From NCBI GenBank assembly GCA_040388375.1, contig JAZKBU010000001.1:272996-336995 (forward strand): 64,000 bases of DNA, read 5' to 3'. Source of the DNA: Bacteroidota bacterium. Its GTDB lineage: Bacteria; Bacteroidota; Bacteroidia; UKL13-3. Shown here in pieces: positions 30,029-40,087 of the stretch (positions within the stretch are counted from its first letter, which is position 1; each line of letters starts with the position of its first letter). The translations under genes and the position numbers were made by a program. The notes under the pieces were generated by a model. It was not told where the DNA came from, did no database searches, and saw nothing but the letters and a program-made list of their open reading frames with translations.

Positions 30029-31546
30029 TTATTTTTTATACTGATAATAAACCTTTTGCGGTATTTCTTTCTGTCGCCAAACAAATCCGCGAAGCCTAAG
30101 TTCTTCAGGCTTTAATTCGTCTAAAGGATACATTTCTCCGTCCGGATTATTTATAAAAATAGCTTTGCTAATTTTTTTATCAGCAAAATAAAATTCCATT
30201 TCACTGCAATCTATCTTATTCACCCCAATATAATTAACGCTATCTTCTTTTTCGTAGTATATACTTTGACAGTTTCCAAACACATGAATATATTTAATGC
30301 TGTTGCTATCTAAATATCCTTTCATGTGCTTGCCTTTTCCCTGATTATAATGCGGGCCTTTTTCATTTGAAATGATAAAAGAATTGGAACGAAGGGCAAA
30401 TGAATCTAACTTTCTATTGTTGATATAAAAATGAATCGTATCGGCCGTTGATTGATTTAAACCATTCCACATAACCGGACCTTGGTACATGGTCAATACT
30501 GAATCGTCTTGCAGGTAAACTAAACTATCGCAAATTCCCTGTATATCTGTTTTATAAATTTTTACTTTTTTATACGCTCTTAACTGTTGTTTTTGTTTGG
30601 TTTTAACATCGGCCTGATAAAGAAATAAGCTGTCTGCATATAAAAACAAACTATCGTTTCTATCCATTACCATTACTGCATATGGTTTTTCTGCTACAAA
30701 AGTTTTTTTTGTTTTGCCGTTAGTAAAACCGTAATCACCATAAAGTCTTATTTTCTGAATGGAATCAAACAACTCTATATTTTTAAAAGCCTTACCAATA
30801 CTATTCTTTCTATCGTAATACATGCTATCAGCTTTCAGCATTTTTTTATCAGTATATAATATGGCATTTTTGCTAAACTGGCTTACTTCTCTTTTTGTAT
30901 CGTACCAGCCATTTTCACAAACAATTTTATCTGTTTTACTTTGAATAGTGGTAGCTCCATAAAAATAGGCAACCTTAGTAATGGTATTATACTTTAAAGT
31001 ATCGCTTTTCATGGTGTAGTCAGGGTTGGTTAGTATTACATTTTTTTTGAAGAAAAACTCTTTTGTACGGGAATGGTAATATCCGTATTGGCTTACCAGG
31101 TTATTCTTTTCGCTTATAATTAATCCGTTATTGGTATAGTAACCAACACTTGTATTCATATCAAAATTAAGCTGGCTGGTAGTAAGGGTCATGTTTTTAT
31201 CAAACATTTTTACATTTCCTTCTAAAAATGCCTGTTTGGTATTACCATCATATTTCAGATACTGCCCTTCCATATTCACACTGTCGTTATGGTTTATATG
31301 TACATTGCTATATGCCTTTACCATATTGGAGTCATCGTAAAGTATAGCGGAGTCACAATACATGATGGTTCTGTCTTGTTTAAGTTGCACATGACCAATC
31401 AATTTTTTGGAATTGCCAAATTTTGTTACCTGTCCTTCTAACAAATCGGCTCCTAAAATTTCTACCTTACTTTTTTGAGCAAAAACGGAGATACCTATAA
31501 AAAGGAGAAAAAAAAGAAACTTACTTTTGTGGGCAAAATACTGCAT
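30029..31546 (-). CDS. OstA/LptA-like domain protein (envelope/LPS transport-related)
   Basis: Signal peptide and repeated OstA-N-like beta-jellyroll segments (GNVKMFDKNMTLTTSQLNFD..., KKNVILTNPDYTMKSDTLKYN). The family call is tentative. Confidence 0.5.
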   Translation of the reverse strand: MQYFAHKSKFLFFLLFIGISVFAQKSKVEILGADLLEGQVTKFGNSKKLIGHVQLKQDRTIMYCDSAILYDDSNMVKAYSNVHINHNDSVNMEGQYLKYDGNTKQAFLEGNVKMFDKNMTLTTSQLNFDMNTSVGYYTNNGLIISEKNNLVSQYGYYHSRTKEFFFKKNVILTNPDYTMKSDTLKYNTITKVAYFYGATTIQSKTDKIVCENGWYDTKREVSQFSKNAILYTDKKMLKADSMYYDRKNSIGKAFKNIELFDSIQKIRLYGDYGFTNGKTKKTFVAEKPYAVMVMDRNDSLFLYADSLFLYQADVKTKQKQQLRAYKKVKIYKTDIQGICDSLVYLQDDSVLTMYQGPVMWNGLNQSTADTIHFYINNRKLDSFALRSNSFIISNEKGPHYNQGKGKHMKGYLDSNSIKYIHVFGNCQSIYYEKEDSVNYIGVNKIDCSEMEFYFADKKISKAIFINNPDGEMYPLDELKPEELRLRGFVWRQKEIPQKVYYQYKK

Positions 31547-31633
31547 GGGGTCAAAACTATTAAAAATTTAATAACAGAATAATTTATGTTTAGACTTATT
31601 TGCAGAAATTATTCCAAAAACCAATAAATTATT

Positions 31634-32962
31634 TTGTTAGACGATTTCAAAAACTTCCTATTAGTTAATAAATTAATTGACAGTAACCAAAAAGTACTGG
31701 TAACTGTTAGTGGCGGCATTGATTCAATGGTTATGGCTCATTTATTTCTAAAAAGTGGAATTGGGTTTGAAATTGCTCACTGCAACTTTAACCTTAGAGG
31801 CACTGAAAGCGATAATGATGAATTATTTGTACAAGATTTCTGCTATAACAACAATATAAAATGTCATTGCAAAAGGTTTGAGACACTTGCATACGCGGAA
31901 AAAAATAAAATTTCTACACAAATGGCAGCACGCGAATTGCGTTATACTTGGTTTAATGAGCTTTGCCAAACTAACCATATTGATTTAATAGCTACAGCTC
32001 ACCATCAAAACGATGTAGCTGAAACAATGCTAATTAATATGGTAAAGGGTACGGGAATTGCGGGAATACACGGCATTTTAGCTAAACAAAGCAATATTAT
32101 AAGACCATTATTGTTTAGTAATAAAAATGAAATAATAGCCTTTGCCAATACAAACCACATTAGTTACAGGGAGGATAGTAGTAATTTAAAGGATACTTAT
32201 TGGCGCAACAAAATAAGGCACCACGTATTACCGATATTTCAAGAACTAAATCAAAACAGTATAAATGCGTTTTATGAGCTCAGCAAAAAAATACATGAAA
32301 ATGAATTTTTATTAAATGAAAAACTAAACGAGCTAAAAGATAAATATACCAAAACTATAAATGGTGTAGTGCACATTGACAAAGTGCTTTTACAACATGT
32401 TAGTGCAAAAACAATTTTACATTTTATTATTGATGAATATGGTTTTAACGAAGCCAATATTGAACAAATTGCAGCTAGCAAACAACCAGAAATTGGCAGT
32501 TGTTTTTTAAGCCGCACTCATGAACTTTTAGTTGACAGGGATTCACTCATTATTTCAGCTAAAACAAATACTGTTATTGCTAAAAATATAACGGTAAATG
32601 AGGAAACAAATTACATCCACACTGATGCCGGTAATTTTGAGGTTACTTTGATTAATAAAGTACCGGCTATTTACGCAAAAAACTGTTTTTATATAGATGC
32701 TGATTTAGCTGGATTATCATTTACACTGAGAAATAAACTGGACGGTGATAAATTCATTCCCTTAGGAATGAAAGGTAAAAAATTAGTGAGTGATTATTTA
32801 ATTGATAAAAAAATAAACAGATTTGAAAAAGACGTTTGCTTAGTGATGGAAAGCACAGATACGAATGACATTATTTGTGTATTGCCTTATCAAATAAATG
32901 ATAAGTACAAACTATCCATTTCATCGAAATTAATTATTGAAATAAAATATAGACCTAACTAA
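31634..32962 (+). CDS. tilS: tRNA(Ile)-lysidine synthetase TilS
   Basis: PP-loop ATP pyrophosphatase motif VTVSGGIDSMV, a length of 442 aa, and a TTG start. Confidence 0.9.
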   Translation: MLDDFKNFLLVNKLIDSNQKVLVTVSGGIDSMVMAHLFLKSGIGFEIAHCNFNLRGTESDNDELFVQDFCYNNNIKCHCKRFETLAYAEKNKISTQMAARELRYTWFNELCQTNHIDLIATAHHQNDVAETMLINMVKGTGIAGIHGILAKQSNIIRPLLFSNKNEIIAFANTNHISYREDSSNLKDTYWRNKIRHHVLPIFQELNQNSINAFYELSKKIHENEFLLNEKLNELKDKYTKTINGVVHIDKVLLQHVSAKTILHFIIDEYGFNEANIEQIAASKQPEIGSCFLSRTHELLVDRDSLIISAKTNTVIAKNITVNEETNYIHTDAGNFEVTLINKVPAIYAKNCFYIDADLAGLSFTLRNKLDGDKFIPLGMKGKKLVSDYLIDKKINRFEKDVCLVMESTDTNDIICVLPYQINDKYKLSISSKLIIEIKYRPN

Positions 32963-33231
32963 CGGCCATTGTGCGCTAGCAGGCCTTCTTTGGTAGCTAA
33001 ATAAGAGTAGGCATGCATATCATCTGAATCGTAAATAAAGCTTTTCACGTAGTCTTGTTTTTCTTCATCAAAACGCATAGCAACTACCATTTTTTTAGCT
33101 ATTAATTGTTTTAAGCAATCAGCTACTATTTTAGTAGGTGCATCTACCTCTTCTATTATTTTTTCAAATGGCTCTACAAAATAAATTGAACCTAAAATAT
33201 CAAAATCTATATCGCTTAACTCGTACTGCAT
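32959..33231 (-). CDS. Hypothetical small acidic protein
   Basis: A 90-aa ORF tightly packed (8 nt) upstream of the GT2 gene on the same strand. No motif was recognised. Confidence 0.4.
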   Translation of the reverse strand: MQYELSDIDFDILGSIYFVEPFEKIIEEVDAPTKIVADCLKQLIAKKMVVAMRFDEEKQDYVKSFIYDSDDMHAYSYLATKEGLLAHNGR

Positions 33232-33239
33232 TCTTTTAA

Positions 33240-34367
33240 CTATTTGTGTTGTCTATCTTTCCAGTTATAGGTTCCAAAATTAGCCCAAATTCCAATTACT
33301 ATTACATACAAAATATGAAATATTTCGGCTACCGGTAATAACATAATTAACTTTGTTTTTTTATAAAGCTGTAATATTTTATATAAGAAAATACCTTCAA
33401 CCAGTGTTTTAAATAGTAATTGATAAAGAGCCATTTCTCTGTCAATTACTACATTTACCAAAATACTTATATTGAAAAAATAGGCCATGGCTAATATCAA
33501 AGTAATGTACCTATTTTCATATTTAGTACTTTTACTAACCCAACGTTTGCGTTGCTGAGCAAGCTGTTGTAAGGTGCCATTAGGGCTGGTTTGTACAATG
33601 GCTTTATCGTTATACAAAAACTTAACCTCGTTTGGATATAGCTTAAATACTTTATGCATTAAAAATTCATCATCGCCACTGGCTATATGCATATTATCTT
33701 TATAGCCATCTACTTCAAAAAAAACTTGTTTTTCAAAAATTAAATTGGCTGCACTGCACATGTTCGGATTTTTTAATTCAATAGCAGCAGCACCTATTCC
33801 TACCAAGCCCGCAAACTCTAAAGCTTGTAGTTTTTCAAATATAGTATTGGCGTTAAATTCAACAGGTGCATATAACATTTTTGCATTTGTTGCGGCTATA
33901 TAATTGTTAATAGTTAAAAGCCAGTTTTCACCACGTGTACAATCGGCATCAGTTAAAACAATATAATCATTCTTGGCTTCTTCAATGCCTTTTGTAATGG
34001 CTTCTTTTTTATGCTTTACGTTATCAAAACCGCTTAAATTAATAAGCCTGATTTGATGTGAACTAAACTCATTAATTAAACTACTTACTATGTTACTTGT
34101 ATTGTCTATTGAATAATCGTTTAAAACAATTATTTCGAACAGTGTATTGTTATATGTTTGGTTAATGATGGAGTGTAAACAATCTGCAATTGTTTTTTCT
34201 TCATTGCGGGCAGGAACAATAATGGTAAATGTATTTTGCTTAACATTACTTGTTTCATTTTTGCGTTTTGCTTTATTGATAATGCGTAATAAACCAACTA
34301 AAAAATAGCCAATTAAAACAACATAACAAACTAATAAAACAGTTGAAAAAACGGACCAATAAATCAT
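33240..34367 (-). CDS. Family 2 glycosyltransferase, membrane-associated
   Basis: N-terminal TM helix, then FTIIVPARNEEKTIADCL...EIIVLNDYSIDNT and a VLTDADC DxD motif. C-terminal TM helices follow. Confidence 0.85.
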   Translation of the reverse strand: MIYWSVFSTVLLVCYVVLIGYFLVGLLRIINKAKRKNETSNVKQNTFTIIVPARNEEKTIADCLHSIINQTYNNTLFEIIVLNDYSIDNTSNIVSSLINEFSSHQIRLINLSGFDNVKHKKEAITKGIEEAKNDYIVLTDADCTRGENWLLTINNYIAATNAKMLYAPVEFNANTIFEKLQALEFAGLVGIGAAAIELKNPNMCSAANLIFEKQVFFEVDGYKDNMHIASGDDEFLMHKVFKLYPNEVKFLYNDKAIVQTSPNGTLQQLAQQRKRWVSKSTKYENRYITLILAMAYFFNISILVNVVIDREMALYQLLFKTLVEGIFLYKILQLYKKTKLIMLLPVAEIFHILYVIVIGIWANFGTYNWKDRQHK

Positions 34368-35347
34368 AAATTAGTAAAGCGTTGTTTTAAAATAAAATAT
34401 AAGCCCAATAAAGCTGGAAGCATCATATTAATAATCCATAATGAATACGCGGAAAGCAAAACACCTAATTCAATTCCCTTGTCGTAATTACTCAATTCGC
34501 CAAAAATAAAGAGTGCTGAAGCCCCCCGTAAACCAATATCTAACAAAATAAAACTGGGTACAATGGATTGAATACAGAAAATAGATATTACACCTATTAT
34601 ACTGTTTACTACACCTATATCAACACCAAAAAAATAAAGTAATAGTACGTACTGACTTAAGAAAGCAATGTACCTGATACAGGAGAACAAAAGCAGCTTT
34701 GCTAATTGTGATTTGTTATACGCTTTGAATACCTGAATATAATGCTCGTGCTTTTTAAACCATGTATTTATATTAAGGTATTTATACAGTAAGTGTATAT
34801 GAATAAATAACCAGATAACTATTACATGAATAACAAAAATAACAATGGCTATTATTTTCCATTTTAAATATATGTTGTAATCAAGTTTTGCAGCAAAAGC
34901 CAACAATGCATACATACCGAATATACCTGTTATAATAACCTGAGCGGTATGTCCAATAACGGTTACCAGCGAGCCTTTTATTTTGTTTAAAGTTTGCAAA
35001 TGAATAACCCGTCCGGCAAAATCGCCTATTTGATTGGGAGTTATAATGCTTAAAGTTGCTCCTGAAAAAATAGCTTTTAAGCTGTTTGTATAACTCAGTT
35101 TTTCGTAACGGTTAACTAACAAATGCCATTTAGCGGTTTCAAACCCCCAATTTACTACCATAAGTAAAATAACGGCTAATAGTATTGCAATATTTGCAAG
35201 GGAAAAAGTAAAGCTGAAACTTGAAAATTTTTCATCAATTTTATACGCACCAAATAACTTATATACAATAAAGCCAATGGTTAACAAAGCGAGTAATGCT
35301 TTTACATAAACAATCCATTTTTTATTTTTAGTCCAAAACTGTTTCAA
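34364..35347 (-). CDS. Lysylphosphatidylglycerol-synthase-TM-like (flippase-like) polytopic membrane protein
   Basis: About 8 TM helices and no soluble domain. It overlaps the GT2 gene by 4 nt, the usual GT2/flippase-like pairing. Confidence 0.65.
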   Translation of the reverse strand: MKQFWTKNKKWIVYVKALLALLTIGFIVYKLFGAYKIDEKFSSFSFTFSLANIAILLAVILLMVVNWGFETAKWHLLVNRYEKLSYTNSLKAIFSGATLSIITPNQIGDFAGRVIHLQTLNKIKGSLVTVIGHTAQVIITGIFGMYALLAFAAKLDYNIYLKWKIIAIVIFVIHVIVIWLFIHIHLLYKYLNINTWFKKHEHYIQVFKAYNKSQLAKLLLFSCIRYIAFLSQYVLLLYFFGVDIGVVNSIIGVISIFCIQSIVPSFILLDIGLRGASALFIFGELSNYDKGIELGVLLSAYSLWIINMMLPALLGLYFILKQRFTNL

Positions 35348-35435
35348 GCCTTCTATTTATCGAATTGGCGGCTAAGGTAATTATTTTTGTTGTATTGCTT
35401 TTTATTTAAATATATGTTTGACCTTTATTTAAACA

Positions 35436-35834
35436 ATGACATTAGTATTTTACATAATAACCGGATTTTTAATTATGACTTTTGCCCGCATGTGGCAACA
35501 GAAGTATATTGAAAAGCTGAATGATGAATTTAAAAGTAAACTTGTTGGCTTACTGGCGACCAAACACAATTGGCTTAATTATATAAGTATTGCTTCATTG
35601 GTATTGTTTACCCTTATTAGTGTTATGAATTTAATTGAGATACGTAATGCTTTTTTTATTTTTACTATTATCAATGTATTGTCAGTAGCTGTTTCTATGA
35701 ATATTAATTACAATAAGCTTGTTAAAGCTGAGTTTCCTATTGATTTTATAAACAACTACCTGATAACTGCTGCTCTACGTATTATTGGTGTTATTGTTAT
35801 TTTTTCGTACATGTTTTTTCAACCAACCAATTAA
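35436..35834 (+). CDS. Hypothetical small membrane protein
   Basis: A 132-aa protein with 3-4 hydrophobic helices and no motif. Confidence 0.4.
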   Translation: MTLVFYIITGFLIMTFARMWQQKYIEKLNDEFKSKLVGLLATKHNWLNYISIASLVLFTLISVMNLIEIRNAFFIFTIINVLSVAVSMNINYNKLVKAEFPIDFINNYLITAALRIIGVIVIFSYMFFQPTN

Positions 35835-36444
35835 CTTGAGTTCCTTACCAAATACTGTTACCGATTTTGATAGAATTATATTAGGCATTGACCCCGGAAC
35901 TATAGTAATGGGATATGGTATTATTGGCATTCAAAAAAAACAGGTATCGCTTATTACGTTAGGTGTATTAAAGCTTGATAAATATGACGATTACGCCTTA
36001 AAACTTAAAAAAATATTTGAACGTACGGTTGGCCTCATTGACGAATTTAAACCTGATGAATTGGCTATTGAAGCTCCATTTTTTGGTAAAAACGTACAAT
36101 CTATGTTAAAACTTGGCAGGGCTCAGGGAGTAGCTATTGCTGCAGCTATGAGCAGGGAGTTAGCCGTAAATGAATATTCTCCAAAAAAAATAAAACAATC
36201 GATAACCGGAAATGGAAATGCCAGTAAAGACCAAGTTGCGGGAATGTTGCAGCATATTTTAAAATTTGAACACGATTCTAAATTTTTAGATGCTACGGAT
36301 GGTTTGGCAGCAGCTTATTGCCATTTTATGCAAAAAAATTTAGGAATAGAAAAAGCCACCAAATCAAGTAAAATACCGACTAAAAAAAAGGCTAGCAGTT
36401 GGGAAACGTTTGTAAGCAATAACCCTGCTAAAATTAAAAAATAA
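35785..36444 (+). CDS. ruvC: Holliday junction resolvase RuvC
   Basis: The RIILGIDPGT catalytic Asp motif lies near the true N-terminus. The ORF-track start is a non-ATG that overlaps the preceding ORF. The real start is probably the TTG at ~35836 (M-SSLPNTVTDFDRIILGIDPG). Confidence 0.85.
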   Translation: MVLLLFFRTCFFNQPINLSSLPNTVTDFDRIILGIDPGTIVMGYGIIGIQKKQVSLITLGVLKLDKYDDYALKLKKIFERTVGLIDEFKPDELAIEAPFFGKNVQSMLKLGRAQGVAIAAAMSRELAVNEYSPKKIKQSITGNGNASKDQVAGMLQHILKFEHDSKFLDATDGLAAAYCHFMQKNLGIEKATKSSKIPTKKKASSWETFVSNNPAKIKK

Positions 36445-36471
36445 TTGCCTTAATTTGTTCAGGCGTCAACC

Positions 36472-38283
36472 ATGAAATTATTATATAAAATTATATTTAT
36501 CGTCATTACTGTTTTAATGGGTAATGCTGTTATAGCACAAAATAAAGATGAGCAATTGGCTGCTCAATTTTTTTCGAATAATGAGTATGATAAAGCGGCT
36601 GAATTGTATGAAAAATTATTATCGAAAAACTTAAGCTCTATTTACTTTTACGATAACTTACTGCAATCGTACATAAAACTTAAAAAGCTTGACGATGCGG
36701 AAAGTTTATGTAAAAAAATGTACCGCAAACTGGGAGTGGCTTATTACGGTGTTGATATTGGTTTTGTTTACAAACTTGCCAACAAACCTGAAAAAGCACA
36801 AAAGCAGTTTGAAGATATTTTAAAGAAAATAATTCCTAACCAGGATAGGATTTTTGAAACAGCTAATGCTTTTGAAAAAAGAGATGAAATTGAATTTGCT
36901 ACCAGAACTTATTTACAAGGCCGTAAACTGTTAAACGACCATTTGGTTTTTAGCAATGAACTGGCCAACTTATACAGCAAAACAAAACAAACAAGTCTGA
37001 TGATTGATGAGTATTTGAATTGTGTAGAGCTAAACCCCATTAACAGGGAAGAGGTGGAAGGCTTATTGCAAAATAATATTACCCAAAACAGCGATTTTGA
37101 TTTATTAAAAAATGCTTTGATCAGACGTATAAAAAGCAATCAAAATTCGGACACTTATTATGAAATGCTGATTTGGTTTTATGTACAACGCAAAGATTTT
37201 GACAATGCGCTTGTGCAGGCAAAAGCAATGGATAAGCGATTAAAGGAAGAAGGAAGAAAGCTAATGGACTTAGGTTTTTTAGCTATCAGCAATGAAAAAT
37301 ACGATGCGGCCGTACGCCTTTTTAACGAGGTGGTTTTATTGGGTAAGGATAAAGCTTATTACTTAGCTGCACGACAAGGTGTTTTGGAAGCGAGTAATAA
37401 AAAACTATTAGCATCTGACTCTTTTTCACAAACGGATTTGCTTAACTTAGAAAAAACGTATGAAAACTTTTTGCTGGAAAATGGTAAAACATATTATACC
37501 GCTCCATGTATGCGCGATTTAGCCAAACTGAACACTTTTTATTTAAATAATTTTCCTAAAGCCATTGGCATTTATGACGAGATACTAAACTTGGCAGGTA
37601 TTGACAATCAGTTTAAGGCGGAGTGTAAACTTGAGCTGGGCGATTTATACGTAATGAAAGGACAGGAATGGGAAGCCATGCTTTTATATGGTCAAGTAGA
37701 TAAGGAATTTTTAGAAAATCCGTTAGGGCAAGAGGCTAAATTTAAAAATGCTAAACTAAGTTACTATTTAGGCGAATTTGAATGGGCAAAAGCACAGCTC
37801 GATATTTTAAAAACGGCTACTACGCAATTAATAGCCAATAATGCGCTGGAATTATCATTGCTTATTCAGGACAATACGGTTGACTCTATAGAAGATGCTT
37901 TGAAGTTATTTGCAAAAGCAGATTTGCTTTACCAACAAAACAAATTTAACCAAGCCATTCTGGTGTTGGATTCTATTAATTTACTTTTTCCAAAACATGC
38001 TTTAGCTGATGATATTGCTTTTAAGAAAGGGCAAATATTCCTGAAACAAAAGGACTACAACACGGCTATTAAATATTTTACTATTGTTATCAATGAACAT
38101 GGCACTGATATACTAGGCGATAATGCTTTGCTTAACGTAGCCACTATTTATGACAGGTATTTGAACAACCCTGCGGAAGCTAAAAAACAATACGAGAAGT
38201 TTATTGAAACATACGGCAGTAGTATTTTTATAAACGATGTACGTAAAAGATATAGAATTTTAAGAGGTGATATAATTAATTAA
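36472..38283 (+). CDS. Tetratricopeptide-repeat protein, secreted/periplasmic
   Basis: Signal peptide and multiple TPR-like helical hairpins (AAELYEKLL, AIKYFTIVI, etc.). Confidence 0.7.
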   Translation: MKLLYKIIFIVITVLMGNAVIAQNKDEQLAAQFFSNNEYDKAAELYEKLLSKNLSSIYFYDNLLQSYIKLKKLDDAESLCKKMYRKLGVAYYGVDIGFVYKLANKPEKAQKQFEDILKKIIPNQDRIFETANAFEKRDEIEFATRTYLQGRKLLNDHLVFSNELANLYSKTKQTSLMIDEYLNCVELNPINREEVEGLLQNNITQNSDFDLLKNALIRRIKSNQNSDTYYEMLIWFYVQRKDFDNALVQAKAMDKRLKEEGRKLMDLGFLAISNEKYDAAVRLFNEVVLLGKDKAYYLAARQGVLEASNKKLLASDSFSQTDLLNLEKTYENFLLENGKTYYTAPCMRDLAKLNTFYLNNFPKAIGIYDEILNLAGIDNQFKAECKLELGDLYVMKGQEWEAMLLYGQVDKEFLENPLGQEAKFKNAKLSYYLGEFEWAKAQLDILKTATTQLIANNALELSLLIQDNTVDSIEDALKLFAKADLLYQQNKFNQAILVLDSINLLFPKHALADDIAFKKGQIFLKQKDYNTAIKYFTIVINEHGTDILGDNALLNVATIYDRYLNNPAEAKKQYEKFIETYGSSIFINDVRKRYRILRGDIIN

Positions 38284-38286
38284 AAA

Positions 38287-38592
38287 ATGATAGTATATAA
38301 CGTAACTATAAATGTGGACGCCAGTATTCATGATGCCTGGTTTAAATGGATGAAAGAAAAACATTTAGGCGATGTAATGGCAACAGGTATGTTTACCTCA
38401 TACAAATTTTTAAAATTGCTTAGCAAACATGATGAAGAGCAAGGTGAAACATACGCTATACAGTACTTTGCCCCTACCATGGAAAATTACGAACGTTATC
38501 AGCAAGAGTTTGCACCGCAATTACAATTAGATGGTCGCACGCTGTTTGGTGAAAGTTTTCATGCTTTTAGAACACTATTGCAGGAAGTATAG
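38287..38592 (+). CDS. Small conserved protein (DUF4286-like)
   Basis: A 101-aa protein that starts 4 nt after the TPR gene stop. The MIVYNVTINVD...W N-terminus resembles DUF4286-family proteins. This is a memory-based assignment. Confidence 0.4.
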   Translation: MIVYNVTINVDASIHDAWFKWMKEKHLGDVMATGMFTSYKFLKLLSKHDEEQGETYAIQYFAPTMENYERYQQEFAPQLQLDGRTLFGESFHAFRTLLQEV

Positions 38593-38722
38593 AATGGGGC
38601 ATTTCTTCCCCTTTTTGACCACTTTTATTCCATTTTAGCATATAAAATTCCCAAAAAGAAACAAAACACGAACCCGCAAATTCGTAAATATTTGATTTTA
38701 TGGGTTTTAATATAATAGCACA

Positions 38723-39952
38723 TTGTTTGTGTATGTATTACCAAACAAGATGCTTAAACTATTAATCATATTATTTGAAATAACTATTGCCTGGTTCCTG
38801 ATAGCTCCATTGGCTAAGTTGTTGCTAATAGGTTTATCTAAGCTCATTTATAAACCAATGCCAGCCATTATTAACTTGGAATACAGTTATAGTTATGCTG
38901 CCATTATTACGGTACATGAAAGCACCAAGTTATTAGAAGACATCGTTGAATCGTTCAACAAACAAACTTATAAAAACTTTACTGCTTATTTTGTTTTAGA
39001 CAACTGTGGCTATATCAATGTATCGCATTTAGAATCGGAAAACATTAAGTTTTTATTTCCTGAAAAACCTTTGCATTCAAAAACCCGTTCTATTGAATTT
39101 GCTTTAAATGCTTTTGATCAAGAATATGATGCCATCAGTCTTTTTGAAGATGGCAACTTATTACACCCTGACTATTTTTTAGAAATTAATAAACAATTTT
39201 GTAAAGGTTACAAAGCTGTTCAAGGTGCTATAAAAGCAAAAAACTTTAATACTATAACGGCTAATTTAGATGCTGCCAACGAAGCTTTTTATTCGTTCCA
39301 CGATAAAGAAAGCCGTAATCAATTGGGCTTATCGGCCAGTATTTGGAGTTTAGGTTTTTGTATTGACAGTATTATATTTAAAAAAATAGTAAGCAAATCG
39401 TTTAAACACCATTTAATTGGTTGTGATAAAAAAATACAAGCTAAACTATTGTTATATACTAAACATGTTGCTTATGCCGGCAATGCCATTGTTTTTGACG
39501 AAAAAACAAGCAGCAGCAAAAACATGATTAAACAAAAAGCGGTTTGGTTTTTAGATTACTATAAAAATATTTTTGAGGCCTTACCTATTTTATTTAAAGG
39601 TATACAAACTTTAAGTTTTGACAGAATAAATTATGCACTAAACATTATGCGCCCACCTTTGACTTTGGTATTAAGCATGGCTTGTTTATTGTCTGTTTTT
39701 AATTGGTTCGTATTACACCAATACTATTGGTTAATGCCCATTGCCATTGCAAGCATAGCTGTTGCATTTATTAGCATTCTATTTATTAAAAAAGTGGATA
39801 GAAGAGTATGGAACGCTATGTATCAATTTCCGAGATTGTTATTGATACAGTTTCTAGCCTTATTCATATCCAATAAATCAAGTGAATCATTTTACTTTAC
39901 CCGGCATGTAGTAAGCCGTAAAGTTGACGATGTGCTTTTTTTATATAAGTAA
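38723..39952 (+). CDS. Integral-membrane GT2-like glycosyltransferase (degenerate motifs)
   Basis: An N-terminal TM helix, then a GT-A-like core (AIITVHES...FVLDNCG; LFEDGNLLHPDYF as a DxD-like motif). Three C-terminal TM helices follow. The architecture resembles processive membrane synthases. Confidence 0.45.
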   Translation: MFVYVLPNKMLKLLIILFEITIAWFLIAPLAKLLLIGLSKLIYKPMPAIINLEYSYSYAAIITVHESTKLLEDIVESFNKQTYKNFTAYFVLDNCGYINVSHLESENIKFLFPEKPLHSKTRSIEFALNAFDQEYDAISLFEDGNLLHPDYFLEINKQFCKGYKAVQGAIKAKNFNTITANLDAANEAFYSFHDKESRNQLGLSASIWSLGFCIDSIIFKKIVSKSFKHHLIGCDKKIQAKLLLYTKHVAYAGNAIVFDEKTSSSKNMIKQKAVWFLDYYKNIFEALPILFKGIQTLSFDRINYALNIMRPPLTLVLSMACLLSVFNWFVLHQYYWLMPIAIASIAVAFISILFIKKVDRRVWNAMYQFPRLLLIQFLALFISNKSSESFYFTRHVVSRKVDDVLFLYK

Positions 39953-40087
39953 CTATAACTTTCATATGTTTTAGTGTTTTAGCTTGACAATTGGAGGCTC
40001 CCTAAGGGCCTCCATTGTTATTTTATTACCCTGCTACTTGTTTCCTAAAACAAAAAATATATTTTTGAATTAAACGAAGAAACAAAA

